Below are positions 19,064-29,557 of a stretch of DNA of 64,000 nucleotides, piece by piece. The stretch lies in the NCBI GenBank assembly GCA_052168355.1, contig JBQLZQ010000016.1, positions 10,534-74,533 of the forward strand, given 5' to 3'. The number at the start of each line of letters is the position of its first letter. Position 1 is the first letter of the stretch. The translations under genes and the position numbers were made by a program. The notes under the pieces were generated by a model. That model ran no database searches. It was not told where the DNA came from and saw nothing but the letters and a program-made list of their open reading frames with translations. The stretch is from Inquilinaceae bacterium (GTDB lineage: Bacteria; Pseudomonadota; Alphaproteobacteria; DSM-16000; Inquilinaceae).

Positions 19064-20356
19064 TCACGCCAGCGCGCCGACCAGCCGACCGTCGTCGACC
19101 CCGGTGATGTGAACGGTGCGCAACTGGCCCGGTGCCACCGTGTGCGGCAACCGGACCTGGGCGAAGTGCGGCGTGCGGCCGGTATCGGGGACTTCCGTCA
19201 GGATTTCCGCTGAGCGGCCGATGTGGGGTTCCAGGAACCTGTGCAACGCGGCGTCGCCGGCCTGGCGCAGACGGGCGGCCCGCTCCCGGCGCGTCGGGAC
19301 CGGCACCTGGGGCATGCGCGCCGCCGGCGTTCCCGGCCGTTCCGAATAGGGGAACACATGAAGATAGGTCAGCCCGCACTCCTCGATTGTCTGGAGGGTG
19401 CGGGCGAACATGGCGTCGGTCTCGGTCGGAAAGCCGGCGATCAGGTCGGCGCCGAACACCATGTCGGGGCGCAACCGCCGCGCCCGGTTGCAGACGGCAA
19501 CCGCGTCGGCCCGCCGGTGGCGGCGTTTCATGCGGGTCAACACCATGTCGTCGCCGGCCTGCAGAGACAGGTGCAGATGGGGCATCAGCCGGGGTTCGTC
19601 GGCGAACAGGCGCCAAAGGTCCTCGTCGATCTCGACCGGATCCAGGGATGAAAGCCGCAGCCGGGCCAGCCCGGGAACCCGCGCCAGCACGCGTCGCACC
19701 ATCTGCCCCAGCGATGGGGCGCCCGGCAGGTCGGCGCCGTAGGAGGTCAGGTCGACGCCGCTCAAAACCGCCTCGCGATAGCCGCCTTCGACCAGGGTGG
19801 CGATCTGGGTGGCGATCCGGCCGATGGGGACCGACCGCGACGGGCCGCGGCCGAACGGGATCACGCAAAAGGTACAGCGATGGTCGCAACCATTCTGAAC
19901 CTGGACAAAGGCCCTGGCACGACCGTCGAAGCCATCGACCAGATGGGACGCCGTCTCCCGCGCCGCTCCGATATCGGCGACCTGGACGCGTGGCGCGGTG
20001 TCCTTGGCGGACCAGCTTGCGGCCCGCATCTTTTCGGCGTTGCCCAGGACCCGGTCGACCTCCGGCATGGCGGCAAAGCGATCCGGCGCGATCTGGGCGG
20101 CGCAGCCGGTGACGACGATCCGCGCGCCGGGCCGCCGCCGGCGTGTCTTGCGGATCGCCTGGCGGGCCTGACGTTCGGCCGCCACGGTCACCGCGCAGGT
20201 GTTGACGATGACCAGGTCGTCGGCACCGGCTTCGCGGGCATGCCGGCGCATGACCTCGCTTTCATAGGTGTTGAGGCGGCATCCGAAGCTCAGGACTTCG
20301 ACGTCATCGGTCCCGGCGCTCGCACCGATGCGCCGCTGGGACCGCGACGGGGTCAT
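19064..20356 (-). CDS. mtaB: tRNA methylthiotransferase, MiaB-like (MtaB)
   Basis: The translation has UPF0004-domain Cys residues, the radical-SAM motif CDHRCTFCVIP and a TRAM-like C-terminus. ATG at 20356 overlaps the dapF stop (ATGA). Confidence 0.9.
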   Translation of the reverse strand: MTPSRSQRRIGASAGTDDVEVLSFGCRLNTYESEVMRRHAREAGADDLVIVNTCAVTVAAERQARQAIRKTRRRRPGARIVVTGCAAQIAPDRFAAMPEVDRVLGNAEKMRAASWSAKDTAPRVQVADIGAARETASHLVDGFDGRARAFVQVQNGCDHRCTFCVIPFGRGPSRSVPIGRIATQIATLVEGGYREAVLSGVDLTSYGADLPGAPSLGQMVRRVLARVPGLARLRLSSLDPVEIDEDLWRLFADEPRLMPHLHLSLQAGDDMVLTRMKRRHRRADAVAVCNRARRLRPDMVFGADLIAGFPTETDAMFARTLQTIEECGLTYLHVFPYSERPGTPAARMPQVPVPTRRERAARLRQAGDAALHRFLEPHIGRSAEILTEVPDTGRTPHFAQVRLPHTVAPGQLRTVHITGVDDGRLVGALA

Positions 20357-21207
20357 TCCCCGGTCGCCGGACCGTCGGCGAGAAGGCTGGCGGCCACCTG
20401 GCCGGAATAGCTGATCGACGCGGGGCCCGTCATGGCCACGTGCCCATCCTCGCGCCACGCGATGGTCAGTTCACCCCCGTCGAGAACGACGGTCACGTGG
20501 CGGCCGCTCAGGCCGCGCCGATGGGCCGCCACAGCCGTGGCGCAGGCGCCGGTGCCGCAGGCGCGGGTGATGCCGACGCCCCGTTCCCAGACCCGCAGGC
20601 GGATCCGGTCCCGGGCGATTGGCGCCGCCACCTCGACATTGGTGCGCTCGGGGAAGAAGGGGTGATGCTCGATTTCCGGCCCGACCCGGTCCAGCGCCAC
20701 GGCCTCCGGATCGGCGACAAAGAATATGGCGTGCGGGTTGCCGACGCTCACCCCGACGGGATCGCGCAAGGGTCCCACTTCGACCGGAAGGTGCAGGGTG
20801 TCGCATTGTTCGGCGACGGGGATGTCCCGCCAGTCCAGCCCCGCCGGCCCCATATCGACCGTGATCGCCCCGTTCGGCCCGGCCGCGCAGCGCAGCAGGC
20901 CCGCACCGGTTCGGATCGTGGCGCTGTCGCGGGCGCCTTCGGTCATCAGCAGGCGGGCGACGCAGCGCGTGCCGTTGCCGCACGCATCCACCTCTCCGCC
21001 ATCGGCATTGAGGATGCGCATGAACAGGTCGGCGTCGCCGTCGGGGGCGGGCTCCATGACGATGATCTGGTCGCAGCCGACGCCGCGGCGGCGGTCGGCA
21101 AGGGCGCGTGCGCCCTCCGCCGATAGGGCAATCGGGCCGCCACGGGCGTCCAGGACGACAAAGTCGTTGCCCAGCCCGTGCATCTTGGTGAAGGGGATGT
21201 TGCTCAT
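20353..21207 (-). CDS. dapF: diaminopimelate epimerase
   Basis: FTKMHGLGNDFVV, the two catalytic Cys contexts (NADGGEVDACGNGTRC and ERGVGITRACGTGACA). Confidence 0.95.
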   Translation of the reverse strand: MSNIPFTKMHGLGNDFVVLDARGGPIALSAEGARALADRRRGVGCDQIIVMEPAPDGDADLFMRILNADGGEVDACGNGTRCVARLLMTEGARDSATIRTGAGLLRCAAGPNGAITVDMGPAGLDWRDIPVAEQCDTLHLPVEVGPLRDPVGVSVGNPHAIFFVADPEAVALDRVGPEIEHHPFFPERTNVEVAAPIARDRIRLRVWERGVGITRACGTGACATAVAAHRRGLSGRHVTVVLDGGELTIAWREDGHVAMTGPASISYSGQVAASLLADGPATGE

Positions 21208-21262
21208 GGCCCCGGTTATATGGCGGCCGCGGACACGAAGTCCATGGCCGGCGTGGCCGGGA

Positions 21263-22603
21263 TCAGCTCAGTCCAACCGCCTGCTTGGTCTCCGCGTCGG
21301 TCAGGTTGGTGTCGGTGAGCTGGGCGCCGGTCAGGTTGGCGGCAAACAGATTGGCGCCGCTCAGGTCGCAGCGCGTCAGGTCGGCGCCCTTCAGGTCGGT
21401 ATTTGGCATCTGGGCGCCGCTCAAATTGGCGCCGATCAGGGTCGCCCGGGCCAGGCGGGCGCGCAGCAGGTTGGTCCGCCACAGCACGGTGCTGGCGCTG
21501 GCGATCCGCAGAGGATCCAGCCGGGCCCCGTCCAGTCGGACATCGGTCAGCGACGCCCGTTGCAGGTTGGCGCCGCGCAGATCCGCCTCGCTCAGGTCGG
21601 CGCCGCGCAGGTCGGCAAGCGTCAGGTCGGCCATCGCCAAGGCGGTGCCGGCCAGGTTGGCGCCGCTCAGCCGGCAGCAGCGAAGGATCGCCGCGGACAG
21701 ATCCCGACCGCCGAGATCCTGGCCCGAAAGGTCCGTTTCCGACAGGTCGGCCCGCTCTCCCCGCTCACCCTTGGTGGCCACCCATTCGGCGTGCGCGTCC
21801 AGGATCGCGGGCAGGCCCTCCAGCATTTCGGCGGAGGGCCGTACCGATTTGGCATCCGAGAGGTTGGTCTTGGCGAAATCGGCCTTGTCGTAGATGGCGC
21901 CCAGCAGGTCGGCGCCCGTCAGGTCGGCGTTGTCGATCACGGCGCCGCTCATGTCGGCGCCCTGCAGGATGGCGCCTCGCAGGTCGGCATGGCTGAGATC
22001 GGCGCCTTCCAGGTCGCAACCGGTCAGGTTGGCACGGCTCAGATTGCTGTTGGACAGGTTGGTGAAACGCAGGATGGCGTCGGACAGGTCGGTCTGCATG
22101 ATGAAGGCGTTGGCCAGGCGGGCGCGGGTCAGGTCGGCGCCGTCCAGCTTGGCGCAGGTCAGTTCCGTGTTGTTGGCTTCGAAGGTAACAGGCGTCAACC
22201 CGCCCCCGATGCTGGGATTGACCAGGACGCCGTCGCGCATGTCGGCCTCGATCAGGATAGCCCCGGACATGATGGCGCCGCGCAGGCAGGCGCCGCGCAG
22301 ATCGCTGCGCGTCAGGTCGGCGTTGCGCAGATCGGTCATCCGAAGGTCGGCGCCGTACAGGTTGGAGAAATTCAGCCGCGTCCCTATCAGGCGGGCGCCT
22401 TGCAGAACCGCCCCGGTCAGGTCCGCCTCGCTCAGGTTGCGGCCGGACAGGTCGGCCTTGCCCAGGTCGCACATGCGCAGGATGGCCCGTTGTCCGCCCC
22501 GGCGCTCCAGGAACAGCTCGTGCTCCTTGACGATGGCCTCCAGCTCAGGACGCGTCAGGACACGTCGCTGGGACAGCCGCGTATCGACCTGGGTATCGGT
22601 CAT
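21263..22603 (-). CDS. pentapeptide-repeat protein (446 aa)
   Basis: Dozens of A(D/N)LxX pentads are present (ADLSGRNLSEADLTGAVLQGARL...), arranged in two repeat blocks. Confidence 0.9.
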   Translation of the reverse strand: MTDTQVDTRLSQRRVLTRPELEAIVKEHELFLERRGGQRAILRMCDLGKADLSGRNLSEADLTGAVLQGARLIGTRLNFSNLYGADLRMTDLRNADLTRSDLRGACLRGAIMSGAILIEADMRDGVLVNPSIGGGLTPVTFEANNTELTCAKLDGADLTRARLANAFIMQTDLSDAILRFTNLSNSNLSRANLTGCDLEGADLSHADLRGAILQGADMSGAVIDNADLTGADLLGAIYDKADFAKTNLSDAKSVRPSAEMLEGLPAILDAHAEWVATKGERGERADLSETDLSGQDLGGRDLSAAILRCCRLSGANLAGTALAMADLTLADLRGADLSEADLRGANLQRASLTDVRLDGARLDPLRIASASTVLWRTNLLRARLARATLIGANLSGAQMPNTDLKGADLTRCDLSGANLFAANLTGAQLTDTNLTDAETKQAVGLS

Positions 22604-22866
22604 GAATTCCTTAGGACTTAATGCGCGCCTTTAGATGACGTAGAATGCGTCGGACTACCCCAACAAATCGTTAACGATACCCGGTTGGGGGTGCCCTCCA
22701 TTGACAAACCCTCGCTCCAGGTCTAGGAAAAGACCGGTTAACAGCTTGTTTATCGACGCGCTTGCCCCGATTTGGGGTCTGCCAGTCCGCGAGGGTTCGC
22801 GCACTGGCATTTTTTGCGTGTCGCGGTTGAGCGGCGGTTGGAAGCGGTCTTGAGGTCGGTACGGCG

Positions 22867-24285
22867 ATGTTCGATGGTCTGACGGGGCGGTTTGGCGACA
22901 TTTTCGACCGGTTGCGTCGGCGGGGCAGCCTGTCCGAGGCGGATGTCGATGCGGCCATGCGCGAGGTGCGGATCGCCCTGCTGGAGGCTGATGTCGCCCT
23001 GCCGGTGGTCAAGGACTTTATCAACGGGGTCAAAGCCCGCGCCGTCGGGCAGGAGGTGCTGCGGTCGGTAACGCCCGGCCAGCAGGTGGTCAAGATCGTC
23101 CACGACCATCTGGTGGAGATGCTGGGCGGCAGCGTCGGCGCGGCGGAAACGCCCGGCCGGGCGGAGCCTGAGCTGAACCTCAATGTGGTTCCGCCGGCCG
23201 CCATCCTGATGCTGGGTCTGCAGGGGTCCGGCAAGACCACCACCAGCGCCAAGATCGCCCTGCGGCTGAAGACCCGACACAACAGGAAGGTGCTGATGGC
23301 GTCGCTGGACGTGCAGCGTCCGGCCGCGCAGGAGCAGCTCAAGATCCTGGGCGAACAGGCGGGCATCGCCACGCTGCCCATCGTCCCCGGCCAGCAGCCG
23401 GTGGCCATTGCCAAAAGGGCGATGGAGACCGGGCGCCTTGAAGGCTACGACGCCGTCATCCTCGACACCGCCGGCCGGCTGGCCATCGACGAGGCGCTGA
23501 TGGCCGAGGTGGCCTCCGTGCGCGACGCGGTGCGGCCGGCCGAATCCTTGCTGGTGGCCGACGCCATGACCGGCCAGGACGCGGTCGCCGTGGCCATGAG
23601 CTTCCGCGACAAGGTGGGTCTGACCGGGATCGTGCTGACCCGGGTCGACGGCGATGCCAGGGGCGGTGCGGCCCTGTCGATGCGGGCGGTCACCGGGCAG
23701 CCCATCAAACTGATCGGCGTCGGCGAAAAGCTCGACGCTTTGGAAGGGTTTCATCCCGATCGCATCGCCGGACGCATCCTGGGCATGGGCGACGTGGTCA
23801 GCCTGGTGGAGCGCGCGGCCGAGACCATCGACCAGGAAGACGCCGAAAAGCTGGCCGCCAAGGTCCAGAAAGGCACCTTTGACCTCGAGGACATGGCCAG
23901 CCAATTGCGCCAGATGCGCAAGATGGGCGGGTTGTCGGGGCTGATGGGCCTGTTGCCGGGGGTGGGCAAGATGAAGGCCCAGATCAAGGACGCCAAGCTG
24001 GACGACGGCCTTCTGAAGAAACAGGAGGCGATCATCTCGTCGATGACGCTGGCCGAGCGGCGCAACGCCAAGATCATCCACGCCTCGCGCAAGCGCCGGA
24101 TCGCCGCCGGGTCGGGCGTGACGGTGCAGGACGTCAACCGCCTGCTCAAGCAGTATCAGCAGATGACCGACATGATGAAGCGGGTCCGGAAGATGGGGAA
24201 GAAAGGCATGATGCGTGGCGGCATGGGCGGAATGCTGCCGCCCGGTATGCCGCCCATGCCGCCGGGCCGGTTCCCCGGCGGCTGA
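22867..24285 (+). CDS. ffh: signal recognition particle protein Ffh
   Basis: GLQGSGKTTTSAKIA, DTAGR and TRVDGDARGGAA are present, followed by a Met-rich M domain and C-terminal tail. Confidence 0.97.
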   Translation: MFDGLTGRFGDIFDRLRRRGSLSEADVDAAMREVRIALLEADVALPVVKDFINGVKARAVGQEVLRSVTPGQQVVKIVHDHLVEMLGGSVGAAETPGRAEPELNLNVVPPAAILMLGLQGSGKTTTSAKIALRLKTRHNRKVLMASLDVQRPAAQEQLKILGEQAGIATLPIVPGQQPVAIAKRAMETGRLEGYDAVILDTAGRLAIDEALMAEVASVRDAVRPAESLLVADAMTGQDAVAVAMSFRDKVGLTGIVLTRVDGDARGGAALSMRAVTGQPIKLIGVGEKLDALEGFHPDRIAGRILGMGDVVSLVERAAETIDQEDAEKLAAKVQKGTFDLEDMASQLRQMRKMGGLSGLMGLLPGVGKMKAQIKDAKLDDGLLKKQEAIISSMTLAERRNAKIIHASRKRRIAAGSGVTVQDVNRLLKQYQQMTDMMKRVRKMGKKGMMRGGMGGMLPPGMPPMPPGRFPGG

Positions 24286-24360
24286 GGCCCAACCGTCCAG
24301 TGGTTTCCCGTATCTTGTTGAAAACTTAGAAAATCTCTCAAAACCGAAAGAAAGCGAACA

Positions 24361-24852
24361 ATGTCCGTAAAGTTGCGTTTGTCCCGTGGCGGCTCGAAAA
24401 AGCGCCCTTTCTACAACATCGTCGCCGCCGACACGCGGACCCCGCGGGACGGAAGGTTTATCGAGAAGATCGGCACCTACAACCCGATGCTGCCCCGCGA
24501 CCATGACGACCGGGTGCGCCTGAAGGAGGAGAGGATCCGCTACTGGCTGTCGGTCGGCGCCCAGCCTTCCGACCGTGTGGCGCGACTGTTGGGCCAGGCC
24601 GAGATCGTGCCCATGCCGTCCTATCGCGAGACGCCGAACAAATCGGCGCCCAAGGCAAAGGCCCAGGAACGCGCGCGCGAAGCCGCGGAAGCCGCCGCGG
24701 CGGCCCAGGCCGCTCCCGAGCCGGAGCCCGCGGCCGAAGCCCCGGCGGAGGAGACGCCGGCCGCGGCTGAACCGGCCGCCGAAGCGCCGGCGGAAGACGC
24801 GCCTGCCGGCGACGCCGCCGGTCCCGCCGCCGAGGAGGACGCCAAGGGCTGA
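24361..24852 (+). CDS. rpsP: 30S ribosomal protein S16 with an Ala/Pro/Glu-rich C-terminal extension
   Basis: [24 protein letters not shown]... is canonical S16. The last 70 or so aa are low-complexity A/P/E. Confidence 0.95.
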   Translation: MSVKLRLSRGGSKKRPFYNIVAADTRTPRDGRFIEKIGTYNPMLPRDHDDRVRLKEERIRYWLSVGAQPSDRVARLLGQAEIVPMPSYRETPNKSAPKAKAQERAREAAEAAAAAQAAPEPEPAAEAPAEETPAAAEPAAEAPAEDAPAGDAAGPAAEEDAKG

Positions 24853-24878
24853 CGGCTCTCAACCGCGGGGATCCGCCG

Positions 24879-25454
24879 GTGTCCGCGTCCCGGCCGGACA
24901 AGGTCTGCGTCGGCATGATCGCCGGCGTTCACGGGGTGCGCGGCCTGGTCAAGGTCAAGCCGTTCACCGCGGACCCGGAGGGGGTCACGGCCTATGGGCC
25001 GGTCACCGACGACCGCGACCGGCCCATTCGGTTGGATCTGCAATCCATGCTCAAGGGGCAGTGGCTGGCCCGGATCGACGGGATCGGCGATCGGACCGCG
25101 GCCCAGGCGCTGACAGGGACGCGGCTTTATGTCGATCGGTCGCGCCTGCCAGAGCCTGAGGAGGAAGAGTATTATCACGCGGATCTTCTGGGCCTGATGG
25201 CGGTGACGCCCGATGGCAAGGCGCTGGGCCGCGTGGGTGCGGTGCATGATTTCGGGGCCGGTGACGTGCTGGAGATCGTGCCCGACGCCGCGACCGCCGA
25301 GGCGGGGGCCGACACCATGCTGGTTCCGTTTACCCGCGCGGCCGTGCCCAGCGTCGATTTAGCGGCCGGCCGAGTGGTTGTCGATGTGCCGGACGAGGTC
25401 GTGGCCGGGCCGGAGGCGGCATCCGGCGCGCCGGCGGCGGGTCGGGCGCGATGA
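24879..25454 (+). CDS. rimM: ribosome maturation factor RimM
   Basis: The start is [21 protein letters not shown] matches the RimM N-terminal motif. The gene sits between rpsP and trmD. Confidence 0.9.
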   Translation: MSASRPDKVCVGMIAGVHGVRGLVKVKPFTADPEGVTAYGPVTDDRDRPIRLDLQSMLKGQWLARIDGIGDRTAAQALTGTRLYVDRSRLPEPEEEEYYHADLLGLMAVTPDGKALGRVGAVHDFGAGDVLEIVPDAATAEAGADTMLVPFTRAAVPSVDLAAGRVVVDVPDEVVAGPEAASGAPAAGRAR

Positions 25455-26263
25455 CCGCCAACGCGCAGGCCCCGGCATGGTCGGTGCGGGTGGCGACCCT
25501 GTTTCCGGAGATGTTTCCGGGCCCCCTGGGGCTCAGCCTGGCCGGAAAGGCGCTGGATCGTGGGGATTGGGTGCTTGAAACGGTGGACATCCGGGCCTTT
25601 GCGCGCGATAAACACCGCTCCGTCGACGACACCCCGTTCGGGGGCGGCGCCGGCATGGTCATGCGCCCCGACGTTGTCGATGCCGCTTTGTGCGCCGCCC
25701 GTTGGGGGCAGGTGCCGAAGGGGACGGGGCGGTCGCCGGGGACGGTTTTGGAAGCCGGCCGGGTCGTGTATCTGACGCCGCGCGGCCGGGTCTTCGACCA
25801 GGCCATGGCGCGGTCCTTGCTACGGGACCGGACGGTTGTTTTGTTGTGCGGACGGTATGAAGGCGTCGATCAGCGCGTGCTCGACGCCCACGATGTTGAG
25901 GAAGTCAGCCTCGGAGACTTTGTCCTGTCGGGCGGGGAACCGGCCGCCTTATGTGTGATCGACGCGGTGGTGCGCCTTCTGCCCGGGGTGATGGGCAACG
26001 AAGACAGCGCCGGCGAAGAGAGTTTCGGGGAAGGTTCCGGCACCGGTTTACTGGAATATCCCCATTATACCCGCCCGGCCGTCTGGGCTGGTCATGACGG
26101 GGTGGAACGAACGGTGCCGGAGGTGCTGGTCTCGGGACATCACGCAAAGGTCGAAAGATGGCGTCGGGACCAGGCGGAACGCGCGACGCGCGATCGCCGG
26201 CCCGATCTTTGGGCCCGACGCGCCGCTCACGGCGCGGGGGGCTCGGGCCAAGGGCGGATCTGA
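25451..26263 (+). CDS. trmD: tRNA (guanine37-N1)-methyltransferase TrmD
   Basis: ATGA overlap with rim[14 protein letters not shown] and [14 protein letters not shown] are TrmD motifs. Confidence 0.95.
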   Translation: MTANAQAPAWSVRVATLFPEMFPGPLGLSLAGKALDRGDWVLETVDIRAFARDKHRSVDDTPFGGGAGMVMRPDVVDAALCAARWGQVPKGTGRSPGTVLEAGRVVYLTPRGRVFDQAMARSLLRDRTVVLLCGRYEGVDQRVLDAHDVEEVSLGDFVLSGGEPAALCVIDAVVRLLPGVMGNEDSAGEESFGEGSGTGLLEYPHYTRPAVWAGHDGVERTVPEVLVSGHHAKVERWRRDQAERATRDRRPDLWARRAAHGAGGSGQGRI

Positions 26264-26336
26264 AGGATGCGGGCGGGCGCCTGTCTCGGGCGCTCCCTAT
26301 ATGTTTTTTGAGTTGGGCGACGAAAGGTTTGGGACC

Positions 26337-26738
26337 ATGAACATCATCGAGAAAATCCAACACGAGCAGATCGACACGCTGACCAGCCAGCGCCCGGTCC
26401 CAAACTTTGGTCCCGGCGATACGGTGCGGGTCAACGTCAAGGTGGTCGAGGGGACGCGGGAGCGGGTCCAGGCCTATGAGGGCGTGTGCATCGCGCGCAA
26501 GAATTCCGGGATCAACAGCGCCTTTACGGTCCGCAAGATCTCCTATGGCGAGGGGGTGGAGCGGGTGTTTCCCCTTTACAGCCCGCGCATCGATTCGATC
26601 GAGGTCGTGCGCCGGGGCGATGTGCGCCGGGCCAAGCTGTACTATCTGCGCGAACGGCGCGGAAAGTCGGCCCGTATCGCGGAAAAGCGCGACATGCGGC
26701 CGCGCAAGGGGGCCACGGACAGCGTCGCGGAAAGCTGA
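26337..26738 (+). CDS. rplS: 50S ribosomal protein L19
   Basis: [12 protein letters not shown]...[33 protein letters not shown]... is canonical L19. Confidence 0.95.
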   Translation: MNIIEKIQHEQIDTLTSQRPVPNFGPGDTVRVNVKVVEGTRERVQAYEGVCIARKNSGINSAFTVRKISYGEGVERVFPLYSPRIDSIEVVRRGDVRRAKLYYLRERRGKSARIAEKRDMRPRKGATDSVAES

Positions 26739-26909
26739 TCGGCCGCCGGCGCCATCCCGCCACACTCTCGACCCGGCGTCTTGTTCGCCGGCGGGGGTGA
26801 CAATTTTGCAACAAAGCAGGCTTTTCCAGACCTTGCCGGCGGCGTAGTGTCCTGTTCCCCGGGCCGTGCCCGGTGAGCTTGCCCCGTTTCGCCTTCAAGG
26901 ATGTCCATC

Positions 26910-28331
26910 ATGGCCGCGCCGCGTACGCTTTTCGACAAGATCTGGGACAGCCACGTCGTTGACCGGCAGGACGGCGACACGGCGCTTCTCTACATCGACC
27001 GGCACCTGGTTCACGAGGTCACCAGCCCCCAGGCGTTCGAGGGGCTGAGGCTTGCCGGGCGCCGGGTGCGGCGGCCCGACGCGACGCTGGCCGTGCCCGA
27101 CCACAACGTCCCGACCTCCGATCGGTCGCAGGGCATCGCCGATCCCGAAAGCCGCCTCCAGGTCGAGACCCTGATGGAGAATTGCCGGGATTTCGGCATC
27201 CCGGTCTTTGCCATGGACGATGTGCGTCAGGGCATCGTGCATATCATCGGGCCGGAGCAGGGCATGACCCAGCCGGGCATGACCATCGTCTGCGGCGACA
27301 GCCACACCGCCACGCATGGGGCCTTTGGCGCGCTTGCCTTTGGGATCGGCACGTCGGAGGTGGAGCATGTGCTGGCCACCCAGACCCTGATCCAGCGGCG
27401 CGCCAAGAATATGCGCATCACCGTCGACGGCGCGCTGCCGGCGGGGGTCACCGCCAAGGACCTGATCCTGGCCATCATCGGCGCCATCGGAACCGCTGGC
27501 GGTACCGGTTACGTGATCGAATATGCCGGGGAAGCGGTACGCGACCTGTCGATGGAAGGCCGCATGACGGTCTGCAACATGTCGATCGAGGCGGGGGCTC
27601 GGGCCGGCCTGATCGCGCCGGACGAAACCACGTTCGCCTATCTGAAAGGGCGGCCGATGGCGCCCCAGGGCGAGGACTGGCCGGCGGCGCTGAACTATTG
27701 GCGCACATTGCCGTCCGATCCCGGCGCCGTCTATGACAAGGAAATCGTGTTGGACGCCGCCGATATCGCCCCCGGCGTCACCTGGGGCACCAGCCCCCAG
27801 GACGTGGTGCCGATCACCGGGGCGGTGCCGCGGCCCGAGGACATCGCCGATCCGGCGCGCCGTCGCGCCGTGGAACGGGCGCTGGACTATATGGGGCTGA
27901 CCGGCGGCACGCCGATGGCCGACATCGCCGTCGACAAGGTCTTCATCGGGTCATGCACCAACGGCCGCATCGAGGATCTGCGGGCGGCGGCCGAGATCGC
28001 GCGCGGCCGCAAGGTCGCGGCCGGCGTCTACGCCATGGTCGTGCCGGGATCGGGGCTGGTCAAGGCGCAGGCCGAACGGGAAGGGCTCGACGCGGTTTTC
28101 CGGGACGCCGGTTTCGATTGGCGCGAACCGGGATGTTCGATGTGTCTGGCGATGAACGCGGACAAGCTGTCGCCGGGGGAACGCTGCGCCTCCACGTCCA
28201 ACCGGAACTTCGAGGGGCGCCAGGGCCGGGGCGGACGCACCCATCTGGTCAGCCCAAGCATGGCGGCGGCGGCGGCGGTCACCGGCCGCCTTGCCGACGT
28301 CCGCGCGCTAACCTCCGCCGTCGAGGGGTAG
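26910..28331 (+). CDS. leuC: 3-isopropylmalate dehydratase large subunit
   Basis: The aconitase-family motifs are present ([32 protein letters not shown]). ATG at 26910 lies 8 nt after AAGGA, and an in-frame ATG also exists at 26901. Confidence 0.96.
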   Translation: MAAPRTLFDKIWDSHVVDRQDGDTALLYIDRHLVHEVTSPQAFEGLRLAGRRVRRPDATLAVPDHNVPTSDRSQGIADPESRLQVETLMENCRDFGIPVFAMDDVRQGIVHIIGPEQGMTQPGMTIVCGDSHTATHGAFGALAFGIGTSEVEHVLATQTLIQRRAKNMRITVDGALPAGVTAKDLILAIIGAIGTAGGTGYVIEYAGEAVRDLSMEGRMTVCNMSIEAGARAGLIAPDETTFAYLKGRPMAPQGEDWPAALNYWRTLPSDPGAVYDKEIVLDAADIAPGVTWGTSPQDVVPITGAVPRPEDIADPARRRAVERALDYMGLTGGTPMADIAVDKVFIGSCTNGRIEDLRAAAEIARGRKVAAGVYAMVVPGSGLVKAQAEREGLDAVFRDAGFDWREPGCSMCLAMNADKLSPGERCASTSNRNFEGRQGRGGRTHLVSPSMAAAAAVTGRLADVRALTSAVEG

Positions 28332-28393
28332 CCGCCTGACCGACCGCGAAGGTCCGGAAATGCGTCTGTAGGGCCGCCGCCCGGACCGTACGG

Positions 28394-29557
28394 TCAGCGC
28401 ACGTAGAGGTGCACTTCGTTGCCCTGAACGTCGGTCGCGGTGGCCGCCAAGGTGATGCGGCGGGCCGGCAGGCCCATGTCGACCAGCGTACGCAGGACGT
28501 CCTCGGCATGGTCGCGCGCCCGGTTGGACGAGATGGCGACATCGCTGGCCGATCCGGCGCCTGGGCTGACCGCGACCAGATCGAACTGGGCTTCGGGCCG
28601 GCGTTCCAGGGCACGGCTGACGGCCTGATAGACGGCCTGCTGATACTCCACGTCCGGCCGGTCGAAGCGGATCACCACCAACGGGCGCTGCCCGCTTTCC
28701 GGCCCGATGGTTTCCGGCCGCGGCGGCAGGGAGGCCTGGGGCGCGGTGCTGATGAACGTCCGGTTGGCCAGGCTGGAGCCGTAAAGCTCGCCATTGGTGA
28801 TGGCCAGCCGCAGGGTCTGCAGGTTGGCCCGCTCGGAATTGAGGTAGATGGTCTGGCGGGTCACGTCGTCCGACAGTTCGTTGAGCAGCCGGTCGATCAG
28901 CACGACGGTGCGGCTGACCTCATCCTCCAGCGCCGCCAACTGCAGGTGATCCTGCTCCACCGCGCCGGCAAGGCCGTAGGTGGCGCGCACGGATTCCAGC
29001 AGGAAGGCGGCCAGGGAGTTGTCGGCGGCCACCTGGGTCGCCAGATTGTTCATGCGGGCGATGTCGTTGGTGATCTGGTCCAGCTCGACCTGCGCCTCGG
29101 TCCACTGGGACACCAGGATCGGGTTGCCCGGCGTGGTGCCGACCTGCAGCCGCGCGCTGATGGCGGCGACCAGCGCGTAGTAGCCCTGGGCGTCCTCGAT
29201 GGCGCTGGCGCGGACTTCCTGAAGCTGCTCGCTGTGCGTGCCGACACCGTTCTGCAGGTCCCGCAGCTCGGCCTGAAGCTGGTTTACCCGGCGGCCGACC
29301 GCTGTCCCCGTCTCGGGGCCCGGCGTCAGGATCGACGGCGTGAACGCCGCGTCGCCCAGGGGCAGGCCGCCAAGCCCGGTGCCTTGGTCCTCACGAACGG
29401 CGCCGGTTGCCGTGGTCTTGGCGGCAACGGGCTGCGCGCGGTCCACGGCCAAGGCGGACCAAGGTGTGCTCGAACCACCCTCGCATGCGGCGACGGCCAG
29501 CACCGATCCTATGAGCAGCGATCGGCAGAGGGCCGGACAGGTCGCGATATTGAACAT
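28394..29557 (-). CDS. hypothetical lipoprotein with a central coiled-coil region
   Basis: A signal peptide and lipobox are present (LIGSVLAVAAC). The central part is rich in Q/E/L heptads. The C-terminal 90 or so aa are loosely OmpA-C-like. AAAGGA lies upstream of ATG 29557. Confidence 0.7.
   Translation of the reverse strand: MFNIATCPALCRSLLIGSVLAVAACEGGSSTPWSALAVDRAQPVAAKTTATGAVREDQGTGLGGLPLGDAAFTPSILTPGPETGTAVGRRVNQLQAELRDLQNGVGTHSEQLQEVRASAIEDAQGYYALVAAISARLQVGTTPGNPILVSQWTEAQVELDQITNDIARMNNLATQVAADNSLAAFLLESVRATYGLAGAVEQDHLQLAALEDEVSRTVVLIDRLLNELSDDVTRQTIYLNSERANLQTLRLAITNGELYGSSLANRTFISTAPQASLPPRPETIGPESGQRPLVVIRFDRPDVEYQQAVYQAVSRALERRPEAQFDLVAVSPGAGSASDVAISSNRARDHAEDVLRTLVDMGLPARRITLAATATDVQGNEVHLYVR

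Noticed and set aside
21263-22603. Short-period DNA repetition (recurring gtcaggtcggcgcc-like strings) considered as a CRISPR array or tandem repeat
   Set aside because: There are no constant-length direct repeats separated by unique spacers. The 15-nt periodicity is fully explained by the pentapeptide-repeat coding sequence. No CRISPR-like array was seen anywhere in the window.
20726-22621. 631-aa plus-strand ORF full of GAAQVG/GQVG repeats
   Set aside because: It is the mirror image of the pentapeptide-repeat gene on the minus strand, whose translation gives canonical A(D/N)LxX pentads. At its 5' end it is also antisense to dapF.
22604-22866. The 260-nt gap upstream of ffh, considered as a location for SRP (4.5S) RNA or another ncRNA
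   Set aside because: The conserved SRP RNA domain IV sequence (GGUCCGGAAGGAAGCAGCC-like) is not present. No strong extended helix was found by eye. The gap is probably just the ffh promoter and leader.
22750-24504. 584-aa minus-strand ORF
   Set aside because: It is antisense to ffh and the start of rpsP. The product is low-complexity (G/R/H/P/Q-rich) with no motifs. ffh on the plus strand is certain.
24640-24852. Ala/Pro/Glu-rich repetitive DNA at the end of rpsP, considered as a separate repeat element
   Set aside because: It is in frame with S16 and simply encodes a low-complexity C-terminal extension. There is no independent repeat unit of fixed length.
26739-26909. Possible leucine leader peptide or attenuator upstream of leuC
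   Set aside because: I found no short ORF with a run of Leu codons and no alternative terminator/antiterminator hairpins. The only structure is a weak 6-bp hairpin after rplS.
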